From positions 34,522 through 98,521 of the forward strand of contig JAQTSY010000004.1 of assembly GCA_028711065.1 (NCBI GenBank): a stretch of DNA of 64,000 bases. The letters run 5' to 3'. Below, one piece after another: positions 18,174 through 26,619 of this stretch (positions are counted from its first letter, which is position 1; each line of letters opens with the position of its first letter). The notes under the pieces are model-generated. The model ran no database searches. It saw only the letters and a list, made by a program, of their open reading frames with translations, and had not been told where the DNA came from. Made by a program: the position numbers and the translations under genes. Source of the stretch: Minisyncoccota bacterium. GTDB lineage: Bacteria > Patescibacteriota > Minisyncoccia > Phycocordibacterales > JAQTLZ01.

Positions 18174-18827
18174 ATGTTTTATCTTTTTTATGGCATAGAG
18201 AGGGAAAAAGCTCGCGCCAAGAGAAACGCGACACTTTTAGGCGCACAAAAAAAGCGTCCTGACGCGGAAGTTTTCTCTATGGATGCAGAAGATTTTTCGG
18301 CTTCGAGACTTCAAGAATTTATCGGTTCCGCAGGGCTTTTTGAAAAGAAATTTATTGTTTGTATGAATTTTGTTTGTGAAGATAAAGAAAGGCTTTCCAC
18401 TGTTATTGAAAAATTGGAAGAGATGAAAGAAACAGAAAATCTCTTTTTGATTCTCGAAGGGAAACTCGATGCGAAATCTCTGGAGAAATTTAAAAAATAT
18501 GCTTTTAAAGTCGAGCAGTTTGAAGAGGAGAAAACGTTTGAAAAACCAAAATTCAATGTTTTCGCTTTGAGCGATGCATTCGGTCGTCGAGATGCGAAGG
18601 GCCTTTGGGCGCTTTATCTCAAAGCATTGGAAGAGGAATCCGCTCCAGAGGCGATTGCGGGTATGCTTTTCTGGAAGATTAAGTCACTTCTGCTTTCGGG
18701 GAGCAATCGTTACTCGGAGCGTGAGCTTGAAGAGATTTCTTCGAGATTGGTTTCGCTTTACCACGATTCTCATCGGGGTATTCATGAGTTCGAAATCGCA
18801 CTTGAGAGGTTTGTTTTGAGTGTTTGA
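18174..18827 (+). CDS. probable DNA polymerase III delta subunit (HolA-like, shortened)
   Basis: MFYLFYG.E, GLF.KK, FNVFALSDAF..RD and ALE.F.L resemble HolA. Confidence 0.65.
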   Translation: MFYLFYGIEREKARAKRNATLLGAQKKRPDAEVFSMDAEDFSASRLQEFIGSAGLFEKKFIVCMNFVCEDKERLSTVIEKLEEMKETENLFLILEGKLDAKSLEKFKKYAFKVEQFEEEKTFEKPKFNVFALSDAFGRRDAKGLWALYLKALEEESAPEAIAGMLFWKIKSLLLSGSNRYSERELEEISSRLVSLYHDSHRGIHEFEIALERFVLSV

Positions 18828-18850
18828 GTAGGGTATTCTATAACAAAGGC

Positions 18851-19510
18851 ATGAATCCTTCGTCGCAAAAAGAAAAATTAGATAATCTGGTTGTAACTAT
18901 CGAGCTTACGCTTTTGAGCGTCATCCAAGGCGTCGCATTGTTTTTCCTAGCTGATAATGCTCGCGTCACTCTGCTTTCTCTTGATTATGAACACTTTGTC
19001 TATCTGGTAATCGCATTTCTCTTCCTGATCATTTTTTGGTCTCAGACTATTGTGCACGTTATTAGTTTTATTTCCTGGCCGATCGAATTCGCTCACACAT
19101 TTCTGTACTTTTTGGTCGTTATTCTTGAAATTCTCATGTTCAGCAGTGTCGCTAACCCCTCGAGCTGGTTTGCTGTGAACGTATTCTTTTTCATAAGCAT
19201 CTGGGTTCTCTACTATGCGGACTTGAGGCTTCTCAAGACAAAAAAGCAGGATTTTATGGACACGGAAGCAAAAAAGATTTTCTATGAAGCGACTCTCAAA
19301 GATCAGCGTGCTGGCTTATTTGTATTCACTCCTGTAGGTGCTTTTTTCTCATTTGTGTCTTGGTTTCTTATCGCAATGTATCCTTCCGTTTTCTTGGAGG
19401 GACATTGGCATATACTTCTTGGAGCAATAGAAATGGGAATAGGAATTTTTATTCTTGCCCGCTTCATGTCTGTTTTCAAAAAACGTTTTGCTGTGATTGA
19501 GGGGTTTTAG
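18851..19510 (+). CDS. hypothetical multi-pass membrane protein
   Basis: About six hydrophobic segments; ATG at 18851. Confidence 0.75.
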   Translation: MNPSSQKEKLDNLVVTIELTLLSVIQGVALFFLADNARVTLLSLDYEHFVYLVIAFLFLIIFWSQTIVHVISFISWPIEFAHTFLYFLVVILEILMFSSVANPSSWFAVNVFFFISIWVLYYADLRLLKTKKQDFMDTEAKKIFYEATLKDQRAGLFVFTPVGAFFSFVSWFLIAMYPSVFLEGHWHILLGAIEMGIGIFILARFMSVFKKRFAVIEGF

Positions 19511-19538
19511 AAGCTACTTGTTTTTTCTCAAAAAAAAT

Positions 19539-19566
19539 GGCCCTTGGAATTTTAATTCCAAGGGCC
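19539..19566. terminator. intrinsic terminator hairpin between convergent genes
   Basis: GGCCCTTGGAATT-TT-AATTCCAAGGGCC. Confidence 0.7.
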
Positions 19567-19577
19567 GATGCGTATGT

Positions 19578-20120
19578 CTATTTGTGAGGAATTACAAAGA
19601 GAGTATTTTTCAAATCTTTCCACCAAAATTCGGGTTTGGAAAATCTGGTCAGTTCTAATGTCTGCGACCACCCTCCCGGATTGCCTTCGGGATCATTCTC
19701 ATCGTCATCAAAACAAAACCATGCTGCTTTCGCTATAAAGAGATTTGATTTGTCGCGAAGAATAGTGTCTCCCTCTCGAAAAAGAAAAAGGAGCTCTGGA
19801 GGGCGATCATGATTCTGCAAAAATTCATTCCCATATGTAGAACAAAATAACTGAATTTGTCCAGGAGTGAAACATAAATCATCAAGATTCCCAAGCTTCT
19901 CGAAGACTTCATTTCTATCGCGAGCATGAGATGCTCGATATGTTTTTGTTTGAGTTTTCGGTTGTTTTCCGCCAGCGATTTTGCTCACTGCATCCGAAAC
20001 ATCTTCAAGACGCACACTATACTTAAACACTCCACATGGAGTTGTAAACGTCTCGCCTCCTTGTGTTGCGTCGATTTCCCGAACGCAACCTTCTTTAACA
20101 GACAAAGCGTGTGCTTCCAT
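19578..20120 (-). CDS. hypothetical protein
   Basis: 180-aa ORF with a strong GAGGAGGAG SD. Confidence 0.75.
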   Translation of the reverse strand: MEAHALSVKEGCVREIDATQGGETFTTPCGVFKYSVRLEDVSDAVSKIAGGKQPKTQTKTYRASHARDRNEVFEKLGNLDDLCFTPGQIQLFCSTYGNEFLQNHDRPPELLFLFREGDTILRDKSNLFIAKAAWFCFDDDENDPEGNPGGWSQTLELTRFSKPEFWWKDLKNTLFVIPHK

Positions 20121-20286
20121 TTGATTCTCCTCCTCTTATGTAGCGGCCAAAGATCTGTCTTTCGAACACGGTGTTCGATCTGGGGTCCATGATAATTTCA
20201 AACTTGAATATAATCTATAAATTTAGTACAATTATCTTATAAAACTCAAATAATGTTGATTTATAAGGATTTAATAGAGATAGAAA

Positions 20287-21051
20287 TTGTCGAAAAATAT
20301 GTACGAATCTGTATTATCAAAATCAGTTCTCACTGAAAAACAAGCACAAGTCTATTGTGCTTGTTTAAGGATTGGGGGTGGAAAAGTGCCTGAAATAGCC
20401 CGGGAGGCTGATATTAAGCGCACAACCGCGTACGGAATTTTGGATGAACTGGTCAAACTTGGCCTAGTCAGCTCTCTTTCTAAAGGAAAGCAGAATGTTT
20501 TCACGGTGAAAGATCCGGAACAGCTTGTCGATCTCTTGGAGGAGAAAAAGAAAACGGTAGAGGGGATTATTCCAGAACTCTCTGAGCTTTTCGTAACTCA
20601 CAACATTCGTCCCCTAATTCAATTTTTTGAAGGGAAGAATGGGCTCAAGCAAGTCTATACCGATGTTTTGAATTGCAAATCAAAAAAAGTCTGTCAGATC
20701 GTGAAAGCCAAGACGCACAGTGACCTTTTGGGCGATTCTTTCGTCCGAGAGTATATTCAGAAAAGAGTTGCTCGAGGTATAACCGCTTATGACCTGCACC
20801 CCAAATCTGGAGATGTGTACGATGAGTATCGCGGTAAAGAAAATATAAAACTGAAACGATACGTCCGATACTTACCGCCCCAGATATTTCATGCGGCTAT
20901 GATTATGATTTACGACCATAAAGTGGCTATGGTTTCGAGTAAAAACGAGAATTTTGGCTTTATTATTGAGAGTAAGGAATTCTCAGCGACTCTCCAGGCA
21001 TACTTTGATTTTATGTGGGGGCTGGGTTCTAAAGAGCCAGAGAGGGAATAA
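20287..21051 (+). CDS. TrmB family transcriptional regulator
   Basis: N-terminal wHTH (EIAREADIKRTTAYGILDELVKLGLV), FFEGKNG, and IYDHKVA. Confidence 0.85.
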   Translation: MSKNMYESVLSKSVLTEKQAQVYCACLRIGGGKVPEIAREADIKRTTAYGILDELVKLGLVSSLSKGKQNVFTVKDPEQLVDLLEEKKKTVEGIIPELSELFVTHNIRPLIQFFEGKNGLKQVYTDVLNCKSKKVCQIVKAKTHSDLLGDSFVREYIQKRVARGITAYDLHPKSGDVYDEYRGKENIKLKRYVRYLPPQIFHAAMIMIYDHKVAMVSSKNENFGFIIESKEFSATLQAYFDFMWGLGSKEPERE

Positions 21052-21069
21052 AGAGCAGATTTTATTTTG

Positions 21070-21235
21070 CAGCAGGGGCATCTTTCCTTACAGGAACGGT
21101 ATAGGTTTCCCATTTTTTCGAATGAATACATCCTCAAAAATATGGGAGAACCTTTTCGATCCCTGCCCGCATCGTGCTTCGGCACGATGCTTGGGCGCAC
21201 AACAAAAAATCCGCTTTCGCGGAAATTTTTTGTTG
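21070..21235. repeat. tRNA-trailer structured element type A (Lys copy)
   Basis: Inverted copy of the tRNA-Lys 3' end with a 25-nt hairpin insertion; same layout as 38803-38971. Confidence 0.8.
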
Positions 21236-21308
21236 TGCGCCCAGCAGGGATCGAACCTGCGACCTTCTCCTTAAAAGGGAGCTGCTCTACCAGCTGAGCT
21301 ATGGGCGC
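21236..21308 (-). tRNA. tRNA-Lys(TTT)
   Basis: GCGCCCATAGCTCAGCTGGTAGAGC...CT-TTT-AA...GGTTCGATCCCTGCTGGGCGCA cloverleaf. Confidence 0.95.
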
Positions 21309-21385
21309 AATTGAAAATACCAGCAAAATATAACAGAGAAAACGATATTTGAAAAGACTTTGGATTTAACGTATGCTTCGGAAAT

Positions 21386-21859
21386 ATGAAGAAAGAAGTA
21401 GCTGTAATCCTCCACAACATAAGAAGCGAGCAAAACGTCGGCTCAATTTTTCGTACCTCGGATGCTGCGGGTGTCTCAAAAATATATCTGACTGGCTATA
21501 CTCCCGCTCCTCTCGATACATTTGGCAGAAAGGTGAAGGGAATTGCGAAGACTGCTCTCGGTGCAGAAACATTTATTGCGTGGGAGAAAATAAAAAACCC
21601 AGCCACGGTTTTTTCCAAACTTAAAAAAACCGGATTTAAAATTATTGCTATCGAGCAAGACAAGAAAGCAGTTGATTATAAAAAAATAAAAATTGTTTCA
21701 AAAATGGCCTTCGTTTTCGGGAATGAAGTAGAAGGAATTTCAAAATCGCTTTTACAAAAAGTGGATGAGATCGCTTTTATTCCAATGAAAGGTAAAAAAG
21801 AATCACTGAACGTTTCTGTATCAGCGGGAATCGCTTTATTTAGAATTCTAAAGATTTGA
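21386..21859 (+). CDS. TrmH/SpoU family RNA methyltransferase
   Basis: NVGSIFRT.D, FGNEVEG and ESLNVSVS SPOUT motifs. Confidence 0.92.
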   Translation: MKKEVAVILHNIRSEQNVGSIFRTSDAAGVSKIYLTGYTPAPLDTFGRKVKGIAKTALGAETFIAWEKIKNPATVFSKLKKTGFKIIAIEQDKKAVDYKKIKIVSKMAFVFGNEVEGISKSLLQKVDEIAFIPMKGKKESLNVSVSAGIALFRILKI

Positions 21860-22039
21860 TCACTGCACGATATAAATTGTGCTTGTTGCCTCAGTTGAAG
21901 TAGCCGTATTTCCTCCGCGGCTTGCCTTGAAACGGTCGTACCCTCCGCTTACATACCATACGACCGCAAGAAAAAGGAGAATAAGGCCGAAATATTTCAA
22001 GTCATCAATTGCATCAGGTGCCGATTCTTCGTGTGCCAT
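21860..22039 (-). CDS. 59-aa small membrane protein
   Basis: ATG at 22039 to TGA at 21860 reads MAHEESAPDAIDDLKYFGLILLFLAVVWYVSGGYDRFKASRGGNTATSTEATSTIYIVQ. It fills the gap between genes. Confidence 0.7.
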   Translation of the reverse strand: MAHEESAPDAIDDLKYFGLILLFLAVVWYVSGGYDRFKASRGGNTATSTEATSTIYIVQ

Positions 22040-22070
22040 ATGTTTCTATTTTACTACTCATCTTTCCAGA

Positions 22071-22979
22071 TTACCACTTCTTTTGGTGGACGGAACAGAA
22101 ATGCGCGCTTCTTCCTCCAATTGTAAGGCGTTTTATGATTCCTTTGCATCCGTATTTACTACACTTTTTCCCAGTAAGACGATAGGCGTGGTGCTCTGCC
22201 TGGAATCTTCCTCTCTCACCGAAGAGATTGCGATAATCTGACATTGAATCCCCACCGAAGTCGATACCCTTAAGGAGCAATTCTTTCATCGAGGTATACA
22301 TAACTCGCGATTCTTTGACAGGAATTTTGAGAACTTTTGTTTCTGGGTGAATTCCAGAAGTCCACAGAATTTCATCTGAATAGATGTTTCCGATTCCTGC
22401 GATGAGCGTTTGATCCATGAGCGCTTGTTTTATTTTTGCATTCGGTCGTTTTAAAAGTTGCGACAGAAATATACTCAAAGAGAATTTTTCATCGAGCGGT
22501 TCAGGACCGAGATGTGCAAGATCGGGATGATGGGGGAGTCTGTCTTCCTCCGCGAGACAAACTTTTGCGAATTTTCTCATGTCAGAAAGTACGAGCTGTT
22601 TGCCGTTTGAAAGCGAGAAGACGAGATGAATGAATTTATTAAATGGATCTTGCAGAGGTCCTTTTTCGTCGGCGACCCATGTTTTTTGTTTCCGCGAAAA
22701 TTTTCCGTAGAGAAGATGCCCGGTCATTTTCATATGGACGAGGATAACAAGATTTCCGCTCAAATGGATTAAAACATTTTTTCCTCGGCGAGCACCGCCC
22801 TGAATTTTCTTTCCGCCGATTTCCTTCCGGAAGGTTTTGAAATAAGCGGGATTTTTGATGTTTCCTTTTCCGAAATGGAATGAAGAATTGTAATCGGTCC
22901 ACGCGTCGGTAATGGTGAGACCGCGAAGCGTCGTGTCGATTCCATGTGCAGTTGTTTGCACTTCAGGTAGTTCAGGCAT
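22071..22979 (-). CDS. mutM: formamidopyrimidine-DNA glycosylase
   Basis: MPELPEV start, RRGK, H.KMTG, AGIGNIY.DE and a C-terminal zinc finger. Confidence 0.96.
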   Translation of the reverse strand: MPELPEVQTTAHGIDTTLRGLTITDAWTDYNSSFHFGKGNIKNPAYFKTFRKEIGGKKIQGGARRGKNVLIHLSGNLVILVHMKMTGHLLYGKFSRKQKTWVADEKGPLQDPFNKFIHLVFSLSNGKQLVLSDMRKFAKVCLAEEDRLPHHPDLAHLGPEPLDEKFSLSIFLSQLLKRPNAKIKQALMDQTLIAGIGNIYSDEILWTSGIHPETKVLKIPVKESRVMYTSMKELLLKGIDFGGDSMSDYRNLFGERGRFQAEHHAYRLTGKKCSKYGCKGIIKRLTIGGRSAHFCSVHQKKW

Positions 22980-23004
22980 GCTAGTATATATAGCACATTT
23001 ATCC

Positions 23005-23955
23005 ATGAGGAACATTCTTCTCATTGTCTGTATCGGAATTGTCCTCTTCATCGGCGTTTCTTTCTTTTTTATTCACGGCGACGGTTCTCGCGGACTGACG
23101 TTTGAATCAGTGCGTCATTTTGTAGCATCCGTATTTTTTGTAGACAGCTCCACTTCTGAAATACTTCATCAGAAGTATGCGGAGGCAGCAAATGCGGCAA
23201 AATTAAAGATCCTCGTTGTGCCAGGACATGATGACGAATACAGCGGGACGCAATTTGGGGGAATAAGGGAAGCAGATATGACAGCGGAACTTGGAGAAGA
23301 ACTCACAAGCCTTCTTTCAAAAGACCCTCGATTTGTTGTGACCCTTTCCCGCACTCGCGAAGGAGGATACAATCCTATTTTCCAAGAATATTTTGCAACA
23401 CAAAGACAGGCTGTGACTGATTTTATACAGAATCAAATCGCGATGATGAATGATTTAAAAGCCAAAGGACTTCTCCAGACCGTCACGGGTGTTCCTCATC
23501 GGACCGCAGTAAGTGAGGTGGCATATCGCCTTTACGCTATAAATAAATGGGCGAATGATAATAAAATTGATCTCGTCATTCATATCCATTTCAACAATTA
23601 TCCCCGGAAAAATGTCGCTACCCCGGGAATATACAAAGGATTCACTATCTATATTCCGGAAGGTCAGTACTCAAATTCAAAAGGAAGCCAAGCTGTGGCG
23701 AATTCTGTTTTCAGCGAACTTTCAAAAGAATATAGCGTAAGTACGCTTTCGCACGAAGATTTGGGGGTTGTACCCGAACAGGATCTCATTGCTATCGGTT
23801 CTCATAACTCTCTCGATTCAGCAGGGATGCTCATCGAGTATGGCTATATTTATGAACCGCAATTTTTGACCCTTCAAAAACGCACGCAAGCGATTTCAAA
23901 TCTTGCGCGTTTGACCTATAAAGGAGTCGAGGATTTTTTTAATCCCGCTCAATAA
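23005..23955 (+). CDS. N-acetylmuramoyl-L-alanine amidase (Amidase_3-like)
   Basis: N-terminal TM, VVPGH, E, HIHFN and LIEYGY zinc-amidase motifs. Confidence 0.85.
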   Translation: MRNILLIVCIGIVLFIGVSFFFIHGDGSRGLTFESVRHFVASVFFVDSSTSEILHQKYAEAANAAKLKILVVPGHDDEYSGTQFGGIREADMTAELGEELTSLLSKDPRFVVTLSRTREGGYNPIFQEYFATQRQAVTDFIQNQIAMMNDLKAKGLLQTVTGVPHRTAVSEVAYRLYAINKWANDNKIDLVIHIHFNNYPRKNVATPGIYKGFTIYIPEGQYSNSKGSQAVANSVFSELSKEYSVSTLSHEDLGVVPEQDLIAIGSHNSLDSAGMLIEYGYIYEPQFLTLQKRTQAISNLARLTYKGVEDFFNPAQ

Positions 23956-23956
23956 A

Positions 23957-25234
23957 TTAGTTTAATATTTTTGTGAGTTCTTCGCGGACGATGGTTGCAT
24001 CATCCCAAGGTGTTTTCGCTCCATTCGCTTCCATAATATACGGATCAGTACCTTTGCCGGTGATAATCACCACTTCGCCTTTCCGAGCGTCTTTGAGTGC
24101 TGAATGTATCGCTTCTCGCCGGTCCATAATGATCCTCGGATGATGTTTTATCATGCCCTTCGCCATCTCCTTAACGATTCCTTCGGGATCTTCGTCGTAC
24201 GGATCTTCATTGGTCAGAATGATTTGAGAGCAATAGGTGTCGGCGATCTTTCCCATCTCTGGCCGTTTCCATTTGTCTCTTCCTCCTCCGGTGTTGCCGA
24301 GGACGCAGATTTTGTCGGATGCGCCGAATGTTTGATACACTTTTTCCAAAGAATCTGCTGTATGAGCGTAGTCTACTATCACAGTAAAGTCCTGTATTTT
24401 TTTCGTCTTCACATCTCCTGGCAAAGTTACTCTTTCCATTCGGCCTCGCACGAGGCTGACTTTTTCAAGAGCTTTTTTAATTACAGCCGTTTCGATGCCT
24501 TGGCTTCTTGCAAACGTAGCGACGCCGAGCATATTGTAGACATTGAAAAGTCCAGGAAGAGGGGAGGAAATTCTCACTCCATTAAAGCCGAATTCAATTC
24601 CTGCGCCTCCGAGCGTGTGCGAACCTGCGTCTTTCAATGAATACGGATATTTTCGGGGAATATTGAGGGAGAGAAATTTTTCCGCCTCGGCGCTGTCTTT
24701 GTTCACAATGATCGCTCGATTTTTTTTCTCGGAATGTTCAAGGGCGTGTGCGATGGAAAGTTTCGCTTCAACATATTTTTCATATGAGCCATGCGATTCG
24801 ATGTGTTCCGGAGAGATATTGGTAACGATGAGCGCATCGAGGTCTATATATTTGTGTCGGAATTGTTTTGCTCCTTCAGAAGTCATTTCAATCACAGCCC
24901 AATCACAGCCTGCATTTACGGCATCGTGCAAAAATTTCTGAGTGAAAAATCGTCCGGGCATCGTCATTTTATAGAGATTTCGTTTTGTATCTCCTCCGAT
25001 TTTGAATTGAAGCGTGCCCATTGAGGCAACTTTAAATCCCGCTTCCTCGAGGACTTTTGCGGTAAGCTCTGTCGTGGTCGTTTTTCCTTTTGTACCTGTG
25101 ATCCCCACTACTTTAATTTTTCGAGAAGGGAAGCGATAGAGAATTGCTCCAAGCAGAGCGATTTTGTAGTGATATATCGGCTGGAGCTTTTTAAATATGC
25201 TCCGCGGAATAATTTTTCGTAAAAAAGAAATCAT
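23957..25234 (-). CDS. murE: UDP-MurNAc-tripeptide synthetase MurE
   Basis: GITGTKGKTTT, EMTSEG, DYAHT, GGGRD..KR and GKG. Confidence 0.9.
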   Translation of the reverse strand: MISFLRKIIPRSIFKKLQPIYHYKIALLGAILYRFPSRKIKVVGITGTKGKTTTTELTAKVLEEAGFKVASMGTLQFKIGGDTKRNLYKMTMPGRFFTQKFLHDAVNAGCDWAVIEMTSEGAKQFRHKYIDLDALIVTNISPEHIESHGSYEKYVEAKLSIAHALEHSEKKNRAIIVNKDSAEAEKFLSLNIPRKYPYSLKDAGSHTLGGAGIEFGFNGVRISSPLPGLFNVYNMLGVATFARSQGIETAVIKKALEKVSLVRGRMERVTLPGDVKTKKIQDFTVIVDYAHTADSLEKVYQTFGASDKICVLGNTGGGRDKWKRPEMGKIADTYCSQIILTNEDPYDEDPEGIVKEMAKGMIKHHPRIIMDRREAIHSALKDARKGEVVIITGKGTDPYIMEANGAKTPWDDATIVREELTKILN

Positions 25235-25816
25235 TTATGCGTGCGTCGCTAAAATTTTTAAAGCGTGTTTTACTTTTTCCGATGTACTCTCGATTTTCTT
25301 ATCAATTTTTTTGAGCGCCTCGCGAGCTTCACGTTCAGGATACCCGAGAGACTTCAAAGCTTCAAGCACGTCAGAGGCGCCGCGGAAATCAGTTTTTTCG
25401 CTTTCTTCGACAAGACCGATCTTGTCGCGAAGTTCCAAAATAATTTTGTCGGCATTTTTTCTTCCGATTCCTCCCATTTTAGTAAGAAGGGAAGAATCTC
25501 CTGAGGCAATTGCTTGGCGGAGCGTAGAAACAGTGGCGCCGGAAAGAATCCCCATAGCTGTTTTTGGACCGATGCCAGAAATAGAGATTAAAAGCCCAAA
25601 GAAATTCAACCCTTCTTCTTCAAGAAAACCGTAGAGATCGAGCGCGTCTTCTCTGACAGCCAAATGGGTGAAAAACCTCACTGGTTCAGGCTCCATTTTC
25701 TTCACTTTTTCAAACGTATCACCGGAAATGAATATCTTGTAACCCACGCCATGTACGTCTAAAACGAGCTTTTTCGGGTCTTTGGAGACGATTTTACCTG
25801 TGAGTTCGGAGATCAT
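25235..25816 (-). CDS. ruvA: Holliday junction branch migration protein RuvA
   Basis: V.GVGY, VRED..LYGF, ISGIGPKTA and GIG.K.A.KIILEL. Confidence 0.96.
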   Translation of the reverse strand: MISELTGKIVSKDPKKLVLDVHGVGYKIFISGDTFEKVKKMEPEPVRFFTHLAVREDALDLYGFLEEEGLNFFGLLISISGIGPKTAMGILSGATVSTLRQAIASGDSSLLTKMGGIGRKNADKIILELRDKIGLVEESEKTDFRGASDVLEALKSLGYPEREAREALKKIDKKIESTSEKVKHALKILATHA

Positions 25817-25888
25817 AGAGTTCATCATACACCATTCTTTTCGAGGCAGGTATTGCCTTTTTCAGACTTTTACTATAGTATTTCGCGA

Positions 25889-26155
25889 ATGGCAATTACG
25901 ACATCCGCAAAAAAGGCTATCCGAGTTTCCGACAGGAAGCGAGTTTTCAATATTCGCCGAAAACGAGTTATGGAAGACCTCATTAAGGAGATCCGGATTA
26001 TGGCTCAAAAGAAAGATAAAAAGGGATTTGAGACAATGCTTCCGCAAACTTTTCAGGCAATTGATAAGGCGGCAAAAACCAAATACATTAAGAAAAATAC
26101 CGCTGCGAGATACAAGTCACGACTCTCGGCGCTTCTCACAAAAATTTCAGCTTAA
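25889..26155 (+). CDS. rpsT: 30S ribosomal protein S20
   Basis: SAKKA.R, IDKAA, IKKNTAARYKSRL. Confidence 0.95.
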   Translation: MAITTSAKKAIRVSDRKRVFNIRRKRVMEDLIKEIRIMAQKKDKKGFETMLPQTFQAIDKAAKTKYIKKNTAARYKSRLSALLTKISA

Positions 26156-26192
26156 AAAACACTCGAGAGGGTGTTTTTTGCGATTTTATCAA

Positions 26193-26603
26193 TTAAGGTT
26201 TGAAAGGTCCAAACAGTTTTGGGCCCGCATCGCCATATTCAAAAACAAAATAATAATCAGTGCAATCTATGACTGATATACTATTCCACCCTCCCACAGA
26301 TCCTGCTCCCGCGCTGTATGAAAAATAGTCAACAAAATTTGCTTTCCTACCACCGCAGTAAAAATCCTTCTGATAATTTTCCGCTTTAATTTGGGTATTC
26401 ACTTCTGGCACGTTCCATGACATAGGATTGTCGCTTTTTATTAGCTTGCCTCTCCAAGTTTTTTCGTCCAGAAGGACTTTAAATGTAGATGCAACCTTTT
26501 GGTTTAGAAAATGTCTTGGTCTACCTCTAAAATAAAATAAACAAGCCCAAGCCAGTGTCAAGATAACAAAAAAAGCTAGTAGGATTTTAATTGAATTTTT
26601 CAT
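26193..26603 (-). CDS. hypothetical membrane-anchored protein
   Basis: ATG at 26603, N-terminal hydrophobic helix, AT-rich. Confidence 0.65.
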   Translation of the reverse strand: MKNSIKILLAFFVILTLAWACLFYFRGRPRHFLNQKVASTFKVLLDEKTWRGKLIKSDNPMSWNVPEVNTQIKAENYQKDFYCGGRKANFVDYFSYSAGAGSVGGWNSISVIDCTDYYFVFEYGDAGPKLFGPFKP

Positions 26604-26619
26604 TTTTAAAGTATACCAG

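Noticed and set aside
21070-21235. Element A as a functional second tRNA or as a prophage att site
   Set aside because: It has no D-arm or 5' acceptor strand, the main copy is inverted rather than direct, and there is no integrase or cargo.
20910-21326. ORFs overlapping tRNA-Lys and its trailer (similar ones at 37554-37806, 38729-38929 and 39077-39310)
   Set aside because: Spurious translations of tRNA and palindromic elements.
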